From the human T2T-CHM13v2.0 reference genome, Homo sapiens: a stretch of DNA of 64,000 nucleotides. Every line of letters starts with the position of its first letter. Positions within the stretch are counted from its first letter, which is position 1. Shown piece by piece: positions 13,256-39,480 of this stretch. Where the stretch lies: the NCBI RefSeq assembly GCF_009914755.1, contig NC_060935.1, one strand, 5' to 3'. Below the pieces are notes generated by a model. It was not told the origin of the DNA. It searched no databases and was given only the letters and a program-made list of their open reading frames with translations. The position numbers and the translations under genes were made by a program.

Positions 13256-13430
13256 TTGCCATATGAAATACCATCTGCTTACTTAGTTTTTCTTGTCCAC
13301 CTTCTTCACAAGAATGTAAGCTCCTTGAGGGCAAGAATTGTCTGTTTTGTTCACTAATATGTTCCCAGGGCCTAGAAGGCACTGGAAGAGAATAGATGCT
13401 CATTAAGTGTGTTAGGAATGAATGAATATA
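13256..13430 (+). mobile_element. L2 3' end
   Basis: GAATGTAAGCTCCTTGAGGGCA...GAATGAATGAAT. Confidence 0.8.
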
Positions 13431-13708
13431 TAAAGCAAGTGAAAAAAGCCAGTCACATAACCAGATATCCAATATGACCCTGCGTGTGTATGTGTGTGTG
13501 AGCGTGTTGTGTGCATGTGCATGTTGTGTGTGTGCATGTGTATGTGTTTGCATAAACTATATATACATAAAGGTCTATCAGACATGTGACAAAATCTTAA
13601 TAGTGGTTACCCTGGCCAGGGGACACATGAGTAGGACATTCACTTTATACCATTTTTTATGTGCAACTTTTTTTGTACTGTCATGTATGCACTCTGCCAC
13701 CCTCTTAC

Positions 13709-14429
13709 TCCACTCCCCTAAGCCCCAGCAACAAATAGGAAGGTGGAAGGACCACCTGACTCAGGTGAGGGAGGAAGAGGAACCTGCTGAAAACCTGGAG
13801 GAAATACTGGCAAAGTTGGGTCTGAATCCAGATGGATCACTACAGTGGAGGCAGCTAAGTCTGATTAGGGAGTGCAGGCTCCAAGGGTAAAGGTAAATCT
13901 GTACATTTGTGTTGTGAATTTCCTGGAGGTTCAAATTGAGATGGTATAAATACCACATAACCCATGGGGAAAAGCAATAGATGAGAGAAGCCGATGCTGT
14001 AGAAAAAAGTAGAGATCTGGAGATCATAAAAATAGGAATCTCTGAATTGGATTCCTTTAAGATTATAAAGTATACATTTGGGCATATAGCTGTTCCCTTC
14101 TCTGGTTGGAAACTCGTCAGTCAGGTACAGCGTATCTGCCCGGGGAAGGAGCTGCAGTGAAATAGTTAAGGAAAAATCCAGGATCTGAGGATTATAGATG
14201 CAGGTTGTTTCAGACAATTAGATTGTTCAGTTGAGAGAATGGGGCATATTGTACAAAGTTTGAAGAAATTGTAAATGGATGTGGGTCTGTACTAGTTTTG
14301 GTATTCGAGTTCGGCTATTTGTACAAAGGATTAATTTATCTTTGAATGAGTTGTTGTTTTCCATTGGTATCTGCTAGCCAACTGGGAGTTAATTTGTTTC
14401 TAAAACAGTACAGGCCTTTTTGGTTTCAC
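13709..14429 (-). pseudogene. Large pseudo-exon ending in the N-terminal strands of the SPOC-like domain
   Basis: Acceptor CACTCTCCTAG|GT, donor GGA|GTAAGA. About 190 codons in one frame with few stops (includes ORF 13855-14217); after a frameshift it ends ...PSTFLFVAGA*GSG. Confidence 0.6.
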
Positions 14430-15689
14430 CTAGGAGAGTGAATGGGTCTCTCTGTATTTCAAGGTTGCACATTTTTCTGCATTTCATCGAGGCAGAGATA
14501 AGAACTCCAGGGCCGCAGAATACAATAGGCTATTCTTGTAACTCAGATGTGACTGGGCACCATGAGTAGTCTCTGTTCTTGACCCTACACCCACCTTGAG
14601 GCAGGATCTTTGTTATCATTTCCCAAAAATCCAGTGCAACCAAGGATTAATGAGTAATGACAATTTTACTGAAAATTTCTTGGGGAGACTGAAAAGCTGT
14701 CTGTGTCCCGGGGAGGTAGTTTTGATCTACGGCAAAACCTAATAAAAATTCCCAGGAGACATATATGCTTTCTTTCCAAAGAGGAAAGGTTTCACATTTC
14801 CTTTATCTCTTTTCTCTGTGTTCTTGGGCAAACAATCTCATTTCTTTCAAGGTTTCCAGGCTCTCAGCCTGTCATCTATTCCTCTGGAAAAACGAAGGAC
14901 CACTCCCTTCAGAAGGGAGCTAGAATGTGGGGTGTGAGGACCGCTTGTAAGTAGTTGATAATTCACCCCCAGGCATTTGATAATCCAATTTGCCCTCAGA
15001 GGGATGAATGGAGTAAAGGAAAAGAGAGACCCTGTGGTACCCCTCTTATGTCTCCAGGACTGGGATTCCCCCAGAGGAACCGGCTCCTCTTGGACACAGT
15101 TCCTCAGTTTATAGCCCTCTTTGCACTGTGTATGCTGAGGGGAGTGGGCTGTGCTTGAAGATTTGATGGGTCCCACCTGGTAGGTAGCTTTATGATCAAA
15201 CAAACAAACAAACAAACAAACAAAAAACAAGAGAAAGGGAAGGATTTCCAGCTTGGACCCTCAGCCACTTCCTTCCTCCTCTGAGCCACTGACTGTGCCT
15301 GAACCTCAAAAAGGAACATGCTTGAATTCCCCACATCTTTCCACCTTGCCCTTGAGGTGATGACCCTGAGACCTGCCTTAAACAAAGAAGTCATAATAAA
15401 GCACCTCCACCCCAGCCCTGACGCTGCTGCATCTCATTGCAGTCTCTTCCCCCAGGCAGACATTTCTTTCATTTCTCTCTATGTTATTTTTGAATTCAAC
15501 TGAAAAATAGAAGCCACATGTACACAATTACTAAGCATTTTAGTTCATCTTCAAAGATGTTCATGGACTGTTCACTGACTGCTCTTTGTCTTTACCTTTG
15601 GAGTCTGTTTCCTATTGCTGTTGAGTGCATCGTCATCCCTCCTTACCCTGATATACACATTTTGCCACTGAATCATAGATTGATTGAAT

Positions 15690-16245
<556 letters not shown>

Positions 16246-16415
16246 GGTCTTTATAATGAGGCGCATTTGTGATTTCAACTTTTAGAGTTTACAAAATAAA
16301 TTTAGCCTTTACCTTTTACTCCTTCCTCTGAGAGTTTGAATTTATAAGTTGGTGTTCTAATGGAGTTGGTATTCTTATAGATAACTCCATCTCAGAGGTA
16401 AATATAAATCTAGAA

Positions 16416-16610
16416 CTGGGATTGGCTAATGTCTTTTGTAAAGGGCCAGATAATACACATTTTTGACTTTGCAGGCTATCTAGTCTTGTCACAACTATAG
16501 AACTTCGTTGTTGATAGCATGAGGGAGGCTGCTATGTTCCAATGCAAATTTGTTTATAAAAATAGGGGCAGGCCATGTGTGGTCCACTAACCACAGTGTA
16601 TGGGCCTCTG
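16416..16610 (+). mobile_element. MER58A-like hAT-Charlie MITE
   Basis: TTTTGTAAAGGGCCAGATAA...TTTGCAGG motif. Confidence 0.65.
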
Positions 16611-16894
16611 ATCTAGACTGCACTTTGTCTTTATTTACTTCAAAGTGACAGCAGCAGCCCCTTTCCTTCAAGGAGAAAGATCCCTCCCCTAAATAGTCCT
16701 TTGCTTTAATTTTTCTTAATTAAAAGAAAATTTAAAAATTAAATTAAAAGAAAATTTCAAATTAAGATGGACTAATTCAGAAAATTTATACAATATACAA
16801 GAAAAAGAAGTAAAATAGTGAAAATCTTATCCTTACCTTCAAACACTCTAAGAATAACCACTGTTAATAGTTTGATATATGTTTTTTCAGATTT

Positions 16895-17140
16895 TAAATG
16901 TGTGTGTATATATATCATATATAACATATATGTTACATATATAACATATCTATTACATATATTATATATTACATATAACATATATATGATATATATACAT
17001 ACAGACATCCACAGACAGGGGTTTTCTTTTTGTTTTTTTTTCTTTCCTTCCTTTTGCTTTTCTTTTCTACCTTTCTTTTCCTCTCCCTCTCCCTTCTTTT
17101 CTCCCCTGCCTCCTTTTCTTTCTCCACTCCTCCCTTTTTG
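16895..17140. repeat. (TA)n-rich followed by CT-rich low-complexity sequence
   Basis: Seen directly in the sequence. Confidence 0.9.
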
Positions 17141-17729
17141 CTTTCTAACACATATGGTATCATTCCGAAATACTGTTCCGCAACTTGCTTCCTTCACCCC
17201 GCATTACATCACTGTATGCCTCTTTGGGTTGGAGAGGCGCACATTCCACAGTTGGTGCCCTGTTGTTGCCAAACGACATGACGTGAGTGTCGGATTATTT
17301 TCGGTGAGTGGTGTTAGAAGCAGGTGCGAGTGCAGGCCTTATGCATCTCCACCCACACAAGCTTGCTGCTGCCGGAGTGTTGGTATGAGAGCAAGTCTCA
17401 GACCAAATGCCAGCAACTGTACAGTCCTTTCTTGGCTCGCAGGCATGAACAGCTGGTCTGGAGTTTGGAAGGGGGCTCTGCTTGTGTGGTCAGCCACGCT
17501 GACCAGCACTGTAATGAAAATCTCGTTCTAAAGCAGATACCCGCTTACAGCAGGATGGGCAAACTCCTCCAAAAAGTAGAGAAATGGGCCCAAGTGACTT
17601 TAGCCCAAGCATCCTCTCCCCATGTAAACTGTTGGGCTTGCCTTAATTTAAAAAAATACGTTATTCATGGAAGGGCCATGAGCCTTGTTACACAATTCTA
17701 AGTGAATCACAGATTAGCCCCCACTTCCT

Positions 17730-19020
17730 TTTTTAGAAAAAGGGAAAGGATAATATAAAAATACCCACATATCTTCTCTCCAGATTCACAGTTATTAACA
17801 TTTTCCCACATTTGCTTTGCCTACTTTTCTTTCTAAGAAATAATATATACATATATTTACCTACACACATACATAAGTCATGAACATATATGGGTCTATA
17901 TTTTTAAATTTTTATTTTATTTTTAATTGTGGTTATAAACGTATCACATTAAATTTACTATCTTAACTATTTTTGTGTCCAGTTCAATAGTGTGAAGTAT
18001 ATTCACATTGTTGTGCAACAGATCTCTAGAACTTTTTCATTTTGCAAAACTGAAACTTGATGGCCAGAAACAAACTAATTCTCCTTCTCCACTCTCCCCG
18101 TCCTTGGCAACCACTTTCTTACTTTCTGTTTTTATAATTTTGACTACTTTAGATATCTCATGTGAGTGGAAAAGTGCTGTATTTGTCCTTTTGTGACTAG
18201 CTTATATAACTTAGCATAATGTCCTCAAGGTTTATGCATGTTGAATGTGACAGGGATTTCCTTCTTTTTAAAGGCTGCGTAATACTCCATTTTAATGCAT
18301 ATACCACGTTTTCTTTATCCATTCATCTGTTGATGAACATGTGAGTTTATGCATATGTATCTTTTTCCAAACTACTTGAAAGTAGTTGGAACATTATGAT
18401 GCTTTACCCTTAAACACTTCACCTTAAATACTAGCTGCTAAGAAGAAGGCCATTCTCTTACATAACCACAATTACATGATCATGTTTAAGAAATTTAATA
18501 TGCAGTCTATACTCAAATTCAAATTTTCCCAATTGTTTTAATAATAAAATAATATATCTATTTATTTTGAATCTAAGGTCCAATCAGGGATTATTCATTG
18601 CATTTAGTTATCGTGTCCATTAGTTTTTAAATTTAATTTTAATCTAGATTTTTAAAACTTTTATTTTGGAATACTGAAAGTTCTGAAGAGTCCAGACCAG
18701 TGTTTTTGCATAATGCTCTATAATTTAAACTTCTCGAATTTTTCCCTATGATTAGATTTAGGCTAGATATTTTTGGCAAGAACTCTACACAGATAATGTG
18801 TTCTTCTCATGTAGGAGACACAAAATGTCATTTTTTCCCCATTACTGGTGGTATTAATTTGTTTACATAATTAAGTTGATGTCTGCCAGATTTTATTTCC
18901 ATTAGGTATCTTTTTCTCTTTGTTATTAAAAAGCGACCTGTGGGGTGATACTCTGAGACTGATTTAGCACCCATTGATAATCCTAACCTGCATCAATCAT
19001 CACATTGGTGGTTTCGAAGT
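17730..19020 (-). mobile_element. Nested old L1M (L1MB/L1MC-like) 3' fragments
   Basis: ATATTCACATTGTTGTGCAAC, CTTAGCATAATGTCCTCAAGG and TTGCATTTAGTT motifs. Confidence 0.65.
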
Positions 19021-19451
19021 AAACCGTGTCTTAAACTTTAATTTCTCTAGTGAAAGTTATTTCTAATATTCTTTATGCCAATCAGCTAGCCCTAAGAGGC
19101 TGAATAAAATTAACTTTCACACACACCACACTACTCATCCTGATGTAGTTCCTAGTAAATCACTATGAATAACATTTAACACCTATTTGACCTATTTACT
19201 GGGTGATCTGAAAAGCCACCAGGTTTGATGAGAGCTGGGCCAGGGGAAAGCATCTCCAGGGGGTAAAAGCTTTTAAGTTGATTGGCTCTGCAGCTAGGCT
19301 CTTAAGACCCAGCAAATTTTGTAAGCTGCATGGGACAAATTGGCTTGCTAGGATTTTGGAGGAAAGTCACCTCTTTCAGCAAAGAACTTTTTTCTTTTTT
19401 TTTAAAAAAAAAAAAAAAAAGGAAATAACCCCTGACTTGCAATTGGGCTGT

Positions 19452-19820
19452 ACTCTGGTCTGAATATTTGTGTCTCCTGCAAATCCACATGCTGAAATCC
19501 TAACCCCCAAGGTGGTGGTATTAGAAGGTGGGGCCTTTTAGAGGTAGTTAGGTCACAAGGGTGAAGTCCTCATGAGTGAGATTAATGCCCTTATAATAAA
19601 AGAGACCCCAGAGAGCTGCCTTGTCCCTTCCACCATGTGAGGACACAGCAAGAAGCTGGCAGTCTGCAATCCAGGGGCAGGCCCTCACCAGAACCTGACC
19701 GTGCTGGCACCTGATCTTGAACTTCCCAATCTCCAGAATTGGAAGAAATAAATTTCTGTTGTTATGAGCCCCTCAGTCTCAGGTATTTGGTTTTTATAGC
19801 AGCCCAAATAGACAAAGACA
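19452..19820 (+). mobile_element. MLT1A/A0 solo LTR
   Basis: GAAATCCTAACCCCCAAGGTG...GTGAGGACACAGCAAGAAG...AAGACA. Confidence 0.82.
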
Positions 19821-19849
19821 CGCTCTGATGGTTAAGGGTTTGGAAGAAG

Positions 19850-20390
19850 CAAGACTGGGAAATGGCTGAGGAGGCCTGTGAAGGTGTCTGTGAACTGACC
19901 TCTCAGGTAAATGTGAAGTGAGGAGCTATTTGTGGCCCACATGAATGCTTGCCACAAGGCCTTGATACAGAGGGGGCCTTTGTGACTACGTAAGTAGGAT
20001 GGATGGCCCACTCTGTGAGATGTTAGACTCCTTTCCCAGATATCCCAATGCTCACAAAAATTGGGGTATCCCAGATACCTCAGTGCTCACAAAGTGAGTG
20101 TGGTGGCAGGAAGGGAGGCTGTGCCTGTACTCAACAACCCTTTTCCTCTCACCAAGTCTGACCTGCTGTGGTGGAGTGCAGGGACTGTTGGCAGCAGTGG
20201 CCAAGTGGCCCTGAGCTCTTGGAATGCTGTGATAACTGGAGGGTGGGGGGAAGGGCAGCCAGCTCCCCAGAGGTAGATTAGCTGTATTGGATTCTTTCCA
20301 CGATGGAGGAAGTAATGCTTTGTTTCCAAATACTCTGGGTTTGGGTTGGCTTTTGTTGCTTGCCTTAGCTCTGCCAGCACCACCATCCAT
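19850..20390 (+). mobile_element. ERV-L/MaLR internal (RNase H-integrase) relic
   Basis: ATTTGTGGCCCACATGAATGCT, TGGCAGGAAGGGAGGCTGTGC and CTCACCAAGTCTGACCTG resemble ERV-L pol. Confidence 0.55.
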
Positions 20391-20394
20391 ATGC

Positions 20395-20610
20395 GAGTGG
20401 TTCTCAACCAGGGAAAATCTGGCTTTCAGGGAACACTTGACAATGTCTAGAGACATTCTGATTGTCATATCTTGGGAGGGGGATGCGGCTACTGGCATCT
20501 GGTTGGTAGATGTCAGGAATGCAGCCAAACATCTTACAGTGCCTAGGACAGCTCCACAACAAAGAATTATCTGGTTCAAAATGTCAAGAGTGTTGAGGTT
20601 GAGAAACCAT
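20395..20610 (+). mobile_element. MER20 hAT-Charlie element
   Basis: TIRs AGTGGTTCTCAAC / GTTGAGAAACCA; typical internal CTACTGGCATCT. Confidence 0.85.
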
Positions 20611-20682
20611 TTTATTCCATCAAGGTGTCTTCCAGATATCTTAACTATAAAGGAACTTACCTGTAGTTAAAGAAAGAAAGGC

Positions 20683-21006
<324 letters not shown>

Positions 21007-21978
21007 TTAGTAATTGTGTCCAGTTGCAAGTAACTGAAAATATGACTAAATGAGATTTTATTTTTCTCAAGTAAGTTCCCATCTTTGGTTCAGGTGCTTT
21101 GAAATGTCAAAGCTGAGGCTGATTGTGATTCTATTTGCTTTCCTTCTTACTGCAAGATGGTCCACTAGAATGTACACACAACAAGGGCAAGGATATTTGC
21201 TTACTGCTATATCGCCATAGCTTGGAAGAATGGCAGGTACTCATTAACTGACCATTTGCTGAGTGGAGCGCCAGGCAGCAGAAAAAGAAGAATATGCAAA
21301 AGAAGAGATAAGTTTCATGTTAGGAAAATAAAACAGTCCTAGAAAATCCACAGGCAACTTTCACTTGGGCTTCGCTGGCCAGATCTCAGGGACACCTGTA
21401 AGGGAGGCTGGAACATATAATTTTCAGCTTGGAATATTGCTGCCAGATACTCAAAAATATTGCTTTTCTGTAAGTAAGGAAGAAGTGGGGATGGATATCT
21501 AGTAGCAATAAAGACAATTTTTGATAGGTCTTGGACATGGGCTTGCAGACTTATCTCTAGGCAAGACCTTGAGCATGGAGAATGTGAGAGATTGCAAGAT
21601 CAGGACCATAGAAATGAAAACTAGAGCAACTGCTTCTCAGAAGACTCATCAGAATCAGCAGAGAAACAGCCTGGTGGTAAACTTGTGACTGCTTCATGTC
21701 TGTGACTCAGACAGATGCCTTATTTGCATTCAATCTAATGAATCTGATGTTGACCACACAGTTTGAAAAAAACAAAAATAGACATAAAAGTTCAACAAAT
21801 GACTTGAGCTGAGATTTATTACAGGTCAGTCTGAAACTAAGAAGATAGTACATTGTTTAAATCAGACAGCCTCACCTTCTTGGGAACTTTATGGCTTTTG
21901 CATTTACAAATCTTGCTCTTGTCTTTAGTTGGCGAGAGTGTCTACACAGGGTTCCTGGGCTTTATGTACACTCAGGAT

Positions 21979-22092
21979 TAACTCTGATCCTAACCATGAC
22001 CCTAGCCCTAGCCCTAACATTAGCCTTATCTCTAACCCTAACTCTAGCCCTAGCCCTAGTCTTAGCCCTAACCCTAACCCTAACTTTAGCCC
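21979..22092. repeat. Degenerate interstitial telomere-like hexamer array (19 units)
   Basis: Unbroken 6-bp phase; 3 TAACCC, 6 TAGCCC, 1 TGACCC and other variants. Confidence 0.85.
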
Positions 22093-22429
22093 AAGAAGGT
22101 AGGCTTGGTGCCTGCCTGTTTATGAATGATGAAACCTGCAAGGCTTAGGCTAATTGCCTCTGAGTTATTTTTGGCCCCAACCCACAGGACTGAATTTCTC
22201 TGTGTTGGATCATATTTTCCCTGCTTTGCCTAGCAGTAAACTCAGATTAACAATCACAGTGATTTAGAATTATTATTTTTTATTTTGTCAGCACCAATTA
22301 GGAGTGGCTGCCACAGTGGAGTTTTTCTGGTCAAACATGAGGGATTGAGCATATAATTTTACATGTGATTTCTTCCATGACTCCACTAAAATATTGGCAA
22401 AAGGAAAAAAGGTACAAATCTATAAGGAC

Positions 22430-25140
<2,711 letters not shown>

Positions 25141-25188
25141 AACAGTTAAATTACAGCAGTATGGTAATGAGGGGATGGTCTTATATAC

Positions 25189-25366
25189 CATCTCATCTGT
25201 AATCTGTTGGCCTCTTGGTGCAGTACTAATAGTGAGGGTTTGGAGACAGCTGCACCATTGGGGCCTAGTCATGCGGAACGTGGTGTCTTCTTTGAAGCAG
25301 TCATGAGCTTATCATATTCTTTCATTCTCTGCTGGAATAGAAGGTCTGGGAACCAAGAGTCTCTCA
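25189..25366 (-). pseudogene. Candidate pseudo-exon (RDSWFPDLLFQQRMKEYDKLMTASKK...)
   Basis: Unique island between HAL1 and L2; acceptor GTGTAG|TG, donor TG|GTATAT; one stop. Confidence 0.4.
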
Positions 25367-25399
25367 CTACACGTTTAAGGATAGATAAATAAACATGCA

Positions 25400-26490
25400 A
25401 ATAGCACACAAACATTAGGTTATTTCTCCTAGCTGAAAAAAATTTACTTTTTATCCCACTTTCTCCTTTAGCTATTGCTTTATTTTTCTGCATCACTTTA
25501 CAGCCACATTTCTCTAAATAGTTGTTCACACCCATTGTTTCTAATTCTTTTCTCCCTTTCTTTTTGAATTCACTCCAACAAGCTTTCATTCCCACGACTC
25601 CACTAAAAACAGCTCTTTTTAACATCTTTAATGGCCTCTGTGTTACTAAATTTAATGGTGAATTCAGTTTTTCTCTTACTTAAGGAATTGGCAGCATTTG
25701 ATGCAGTTGGCAATTTGGAATTCCCCAGACACTTTCTTTGCTTAGCACTCACTGAGCTCATTCTCCTGGTTTTCTTCTTGCTGTTGGCTGCTCCTTCGGT
25801 CTCTTTTGTGGGTTGCTCCTAATTTCTCTAGCCTCTTAATGTAGAAGTGCTCAGGAAATAGTTCTTGGACAGCTTCTTTTCCCTACCTACGCTCACTCCC
25901 GGCTCGCTCTCTTGCAGCCTCATTACTTTAAATATGATCTATAAGTTGATGAGTTCCAAAATGGTATCTTCAGTCCTCTCTCCTTTGAACTTCAGACTCA
26001 TGGATCCAATTTCACACTTGGTCTTTCTGCTTGGATGTGTCTAAAAGGAAATTTTTGTTGGATCCCAAACCAAACTCCTGATCTTCTCCCAGCAAACCTG
26101 CTCTTCCCAAACCTTTCCCACATGAGCTGGGGGCTATTCCATCCCTCTAGTGGCTCAGTCTAAACCTTGGTATTGTCTTCGCGTCTCTTCTTTCCCTTGA
26201 ACCTCACATCCCACCAGTCAAAAACTCCTGTTGCCTATACTTTCCAAATGTACCCAGAACCTGGCCACTTCTCATCACCTGTCCTGCTGCTTCTCTAGTC
26301 CCAGTGACTGTGAGTTCCCACCTGGATTATTGCAAAAACTTCCTAACTAGTCTTCCTGTGTCTGCCTTTACCTCTTTGCACTCTGTTAAAACCAAAATTC
26401 AATAGTTAGAACAATCCTTTTGAAACCTAAGTCAGACCATGTCACCTCTCTGCTCAAACCACTTCATTGGCTTCTCATATGACTCTTCTT
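25400..26490 (+). mobile_element. L2 fragment
   Basis: GCAGCATTTGATGCAGTTG, GAACTTCAGACTC and CCTGGATTATTGCAA. Confidence 0.75.
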
Positions 26491-27607
26491 CTATGCATGT
26501 CATTTTTCCTTACTTTTTAGCAGATTTTCTTATAAAATTTTGAAGTCACATGCTTAAATTCACAAGGTCTCATGATATACTTTCTTGATGGAATTACCTT
26601 TAACAATATAAAATGATATTGTAAAATTCAATGCCTGTTTTAGCCTCAAGTTCTATCTTATTATGAATAGATTAATATTACCACCGACTTTTAAAAAGAA
26701 TTAAAACTTTTTCAAAAAATGTTTCTCTTTTAAACTTTTTTTCCCTGTTACTGTATTAGGATAGCTTCAGCTATTCTGCAATAAAACATACAGACATTGA
26801 ATATCTCTTTACATGACAACATTTTATTTCTCGCTCATATTGGGTATCCAGAGCAGGCTGGAAGAGGGACTCAGCTAACTGGTGCTTCTGGTTTCATGGC
26901 AAAGGAGGAGAGAATCTGGAGGTTCACATAGGGTTTTTTCACTGCTTCAGCCTGGAAGCATTTTATTATCCAGAACCAGTCTTCCTTGTGCCCCATAGGA
27001 AGAAAATAAATGGGATTTGGTGAACAAAAAGCATGATCTTTGCCTTAGTCATGTGTCTGAGAATCAAAGAGAGTATATATGCTGTCATGGAATTCCTATA
27101 TTTTGGTTATAACATATACTTTACTACTTAAAAAATCTTATCTCTACAATCCCAAAGTCAACTCTCTTCTTATCTCCTGCTGCTTTTTTTTTAACCATAC
27201 ACCAAATTAATTTCTTATATGAGATATAAAATATACAAGCCATGAAGGAAAACTCTGATAAAATTAAAAGTAATTACCATAAAACAAAAATACCATAAAC
27301 TGGATGAAAAATTAAAAAAAATACATTTCTTTCATATTTAGTATGTATTAATCTATAAAGTAATGAATATGTATTTTATCAAGTTGACATATATATTTAC
27401 ATAAAGAATGCCTTTATTTTTTATTTTTATTTTTTTCCTTCCAACTTTTATTTTAGGTTTGGAGGAACATGTGCAGGTTTGTTACGTGGGTAAATGATGT
27501 GTTGCTCATCTCCTGCTTCTAAGTTAGGGTATGTGCAGTCTCTGTTTTTGCCCTGGGGGCAAAAATGCTGTAGAACTAAGCACCTTTTCCAGTTTAAAAA
27601 ATCTGCT

Positions 27608-28083
<476 letters not shown>

Positions 28084-28784
28084 TATATATGTATATATAT
28101 ATGTATATATATGTCTTTACAATATCCTTGAGCCCTAGGCATAATTATTATCATTGTGGAGATTGGAAAACATACACCACAGAGGTTATGTACTTTATCC
28201 AAGGTCACATAGAAAATGAGTGGCAGACCTGGGATGCCAATTTGAGGTCCTGATTTCAGGCTTGGTTTCAGGCCCCATTCTGCGTTCTGGAGGAAAGACC
28301 GTGTTGGAGATAAAGGCTCATCTTCCCATGGTTTTTAGGTTCCTTCTAGCCCCATAGCTCTTGGTGGCCCTTTCTTGACTTCCTTAGCTATGATCCAGTG
28401 AAATGTTCCTGCTGCAATTAACACCTAATGCTCTCCAGTCTCTGAGGTTCAACCTGTATCCTCTCTTCTTGATATTTCATGCCCCATCCCCTCTGATTCC
28501 TAGGTGCTAAGTATATAGTAGGGTCTAGTAATATTCCTATTGATTACTGTTTGAGAGCAGCAACTCTGATGGGGGTGTTGGAGTTCTTTAAGGAGTTTCT
28601 GCTATCTGCTGATCACTATACAGACATAATCCCAGAAACTCCTCATGACAATGCCGGAAAGAAGTACTATTAAGTCTCTTTTACATGTAAGAATGAAGTG
28701 CAGAGAAGGTATAGTCATATGCTCAAAATAACATGCAGAGAGGATATAGTAATGGTTTACTTGTTGACATTTATTCTACATACT

Positions 28785-35441
<6,657 letters not shown>

Positions 35442-37422
35442 ATTCTACATACTGTTAAAGAGCATTTATTATCTGCCAGACACTGTGCTAGATATTGGAA
35501 TGCAATAAATTAAAGTCTCTGCATTGAACAGTTAGTAAGAGATGTATGTGAGTTTTGGAACCAGGTTTATTCTGATTTTAATTTTTTTTCTTTTTAATAA
35601 AACAACACCATGATGCCTACCCTCCTTCAAGATTTATTCTGATTGCTGCTTTATTTATGAAGTTCTTCCTGATTCCTTCTTTCTCCCTCCAATATCAGAT
35701 ATAAAAGCACAATTAAAGTCTTGCTTCCTGGAAGTCTCTAGGCTTACAAAAGTGTAATTTTGGTGTTCCTTCTGTCTCTTGGTCTCAAAATGGAAAATTT
35801 GGATGACCTCTTCAGGGGATGGCAATGTATGTTACTTATGAACTGTTATCTCACTTGAACTCCTTAGCAGAAATTGCTAATAAATAACAACACCCTTTCC
35901 AAGTTTTAGCCTGGGAATCCTTCTCTCTGCTTCCTCTCTGGTCTATCATGAGCTTCTATGAGAGGCCTTTTGAACCCCAAGTCTCTTCTCTAAAACATAA
36001 TGCAATGTGGGATTTTGAATGGGATGATCTGTTTGCATCTTGTTAGGGAAAAGGTCCCAGGATCCTGTGAGCCGGGGCCTCCCTTGTTTGGGCTTTGGAA
36101 TGACCAAACCCCATTATTCACCCCATAGCAGAACGAATAAGCCACCATACAGATCTGGATCAATTCTTACCTCTTCCACTTATTAGCTATAGGACCTTGA
36201 ATATACAAGTTATTTAACCTCTCAAAGATTAAGCTTCTTTATTTCTAAAGAATCATAGTACTACTTTAATGAGATATTGTGAGTTTAAGTGACACAATGT
36301 GTGCAAAATGCACAAAGTCGGTGCTCGATAAAGAAAGATTCTTTCCTTTGTTGGCTGTGATGTCCTCTTGTCCCACTTTGAGCCATGCCCTGTGTATTAG
36401 TCAGGGTTTTCCAGAGAAACAGAACCAATGAGATACATATGTATGTAGAAAAATACTTCTTTTTTTTTTTTTTTATTATACTTTAAGTTTTAGGGTACAT
36501 GTGCACATTGTGCAGGTTAGTTACGTATGTATACATGTGCCATGCTGGTGCGCTCCACCCACTAACTCGTCATCTAGCATTAGGTATATCTCCCAATGCT
36601 ATCCCTCCCTCCTCCCCCCACCCCACAACAGTCCCCAGAGTGTGATATTCCCCTTCCTGTGTCCATGTGATCTCACTGTTCAATTCCCACCTATGAGTGA
36701 GAATATGCAGTGTTTGGTTTTTTGTTCTTGTGATAGTTTACTGAGAATGATGATTTCCAATTTCATCCATGTCCCTACAAAGGACATGAACTCATCATTT
36801 TTTATGGCTGCATAGTATTCCATGGTGTATATGTGCCACATTTTCTTAATCCAGTCTGTCATTGTTGGACATTTGGGTTGGTTCCAAGTCTTTGCTATTG
36901 TGAATAGTGCCGCGATAAACATACGTGTGCATGTGTCTTTATAGCAGCATGATTTACAGTCCTTTGGGTATATACCCAGTAATGGGATGGCTGGGTCAAA
37001 TGGTATTTCCAGTTCTAGATCCCTAAGGAATCGCCACACTGACTTCCACAATGGTTGAACTAGTTTACAGTCCCACCAACAGTGTAAAAGTGTTCCTATT
37101 TCTCCACATCCTCTCCAGCACCTGTTGTTTCCTGACTTTTTAATGATTGCCATTCTAACTGGTGTGAGATGGTATCTCATTGTGGTTTTGATTTGCATTT
37201 CTCTGATGGCCAGTGATGGTGAGCATTTTTTCATGTGTTTTTTGGCTGCATAAATGTCTTCTTTTGAGAAGTGTCTGTTCATGTCCTTCGCCCACTTTTT
37301 GATGGGGTTGTTTGTTTTTTTCTTGTAAATTTGTTTGAGTTTATTGTAGATTCTGGATGTTAGCCCTTTGTCAGATGAGTAGGTTGCGAAAATTTTCTCC
37401 CATTTTGTAGGTTGCCTGTTCA

Positions 37423-39480
<2,058 letters not shown>

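Noticed and set aside
13474-13890. 138-aa plus-strand ORF
   Set aside because: It starts in a (TG)n repeat and is the antisense shadow of the minus-strand pseudo-exon.
16818-17531. 237-aa ORF
   Set aside because: It is largely a translation of (TA)n and CT-rich low-complexity sequence and has a GTG start.
21891-22148. (LA/LT)n hydrophobic ORF
   Set aside because: It is simply the translation of the telomere-like hexamer array.
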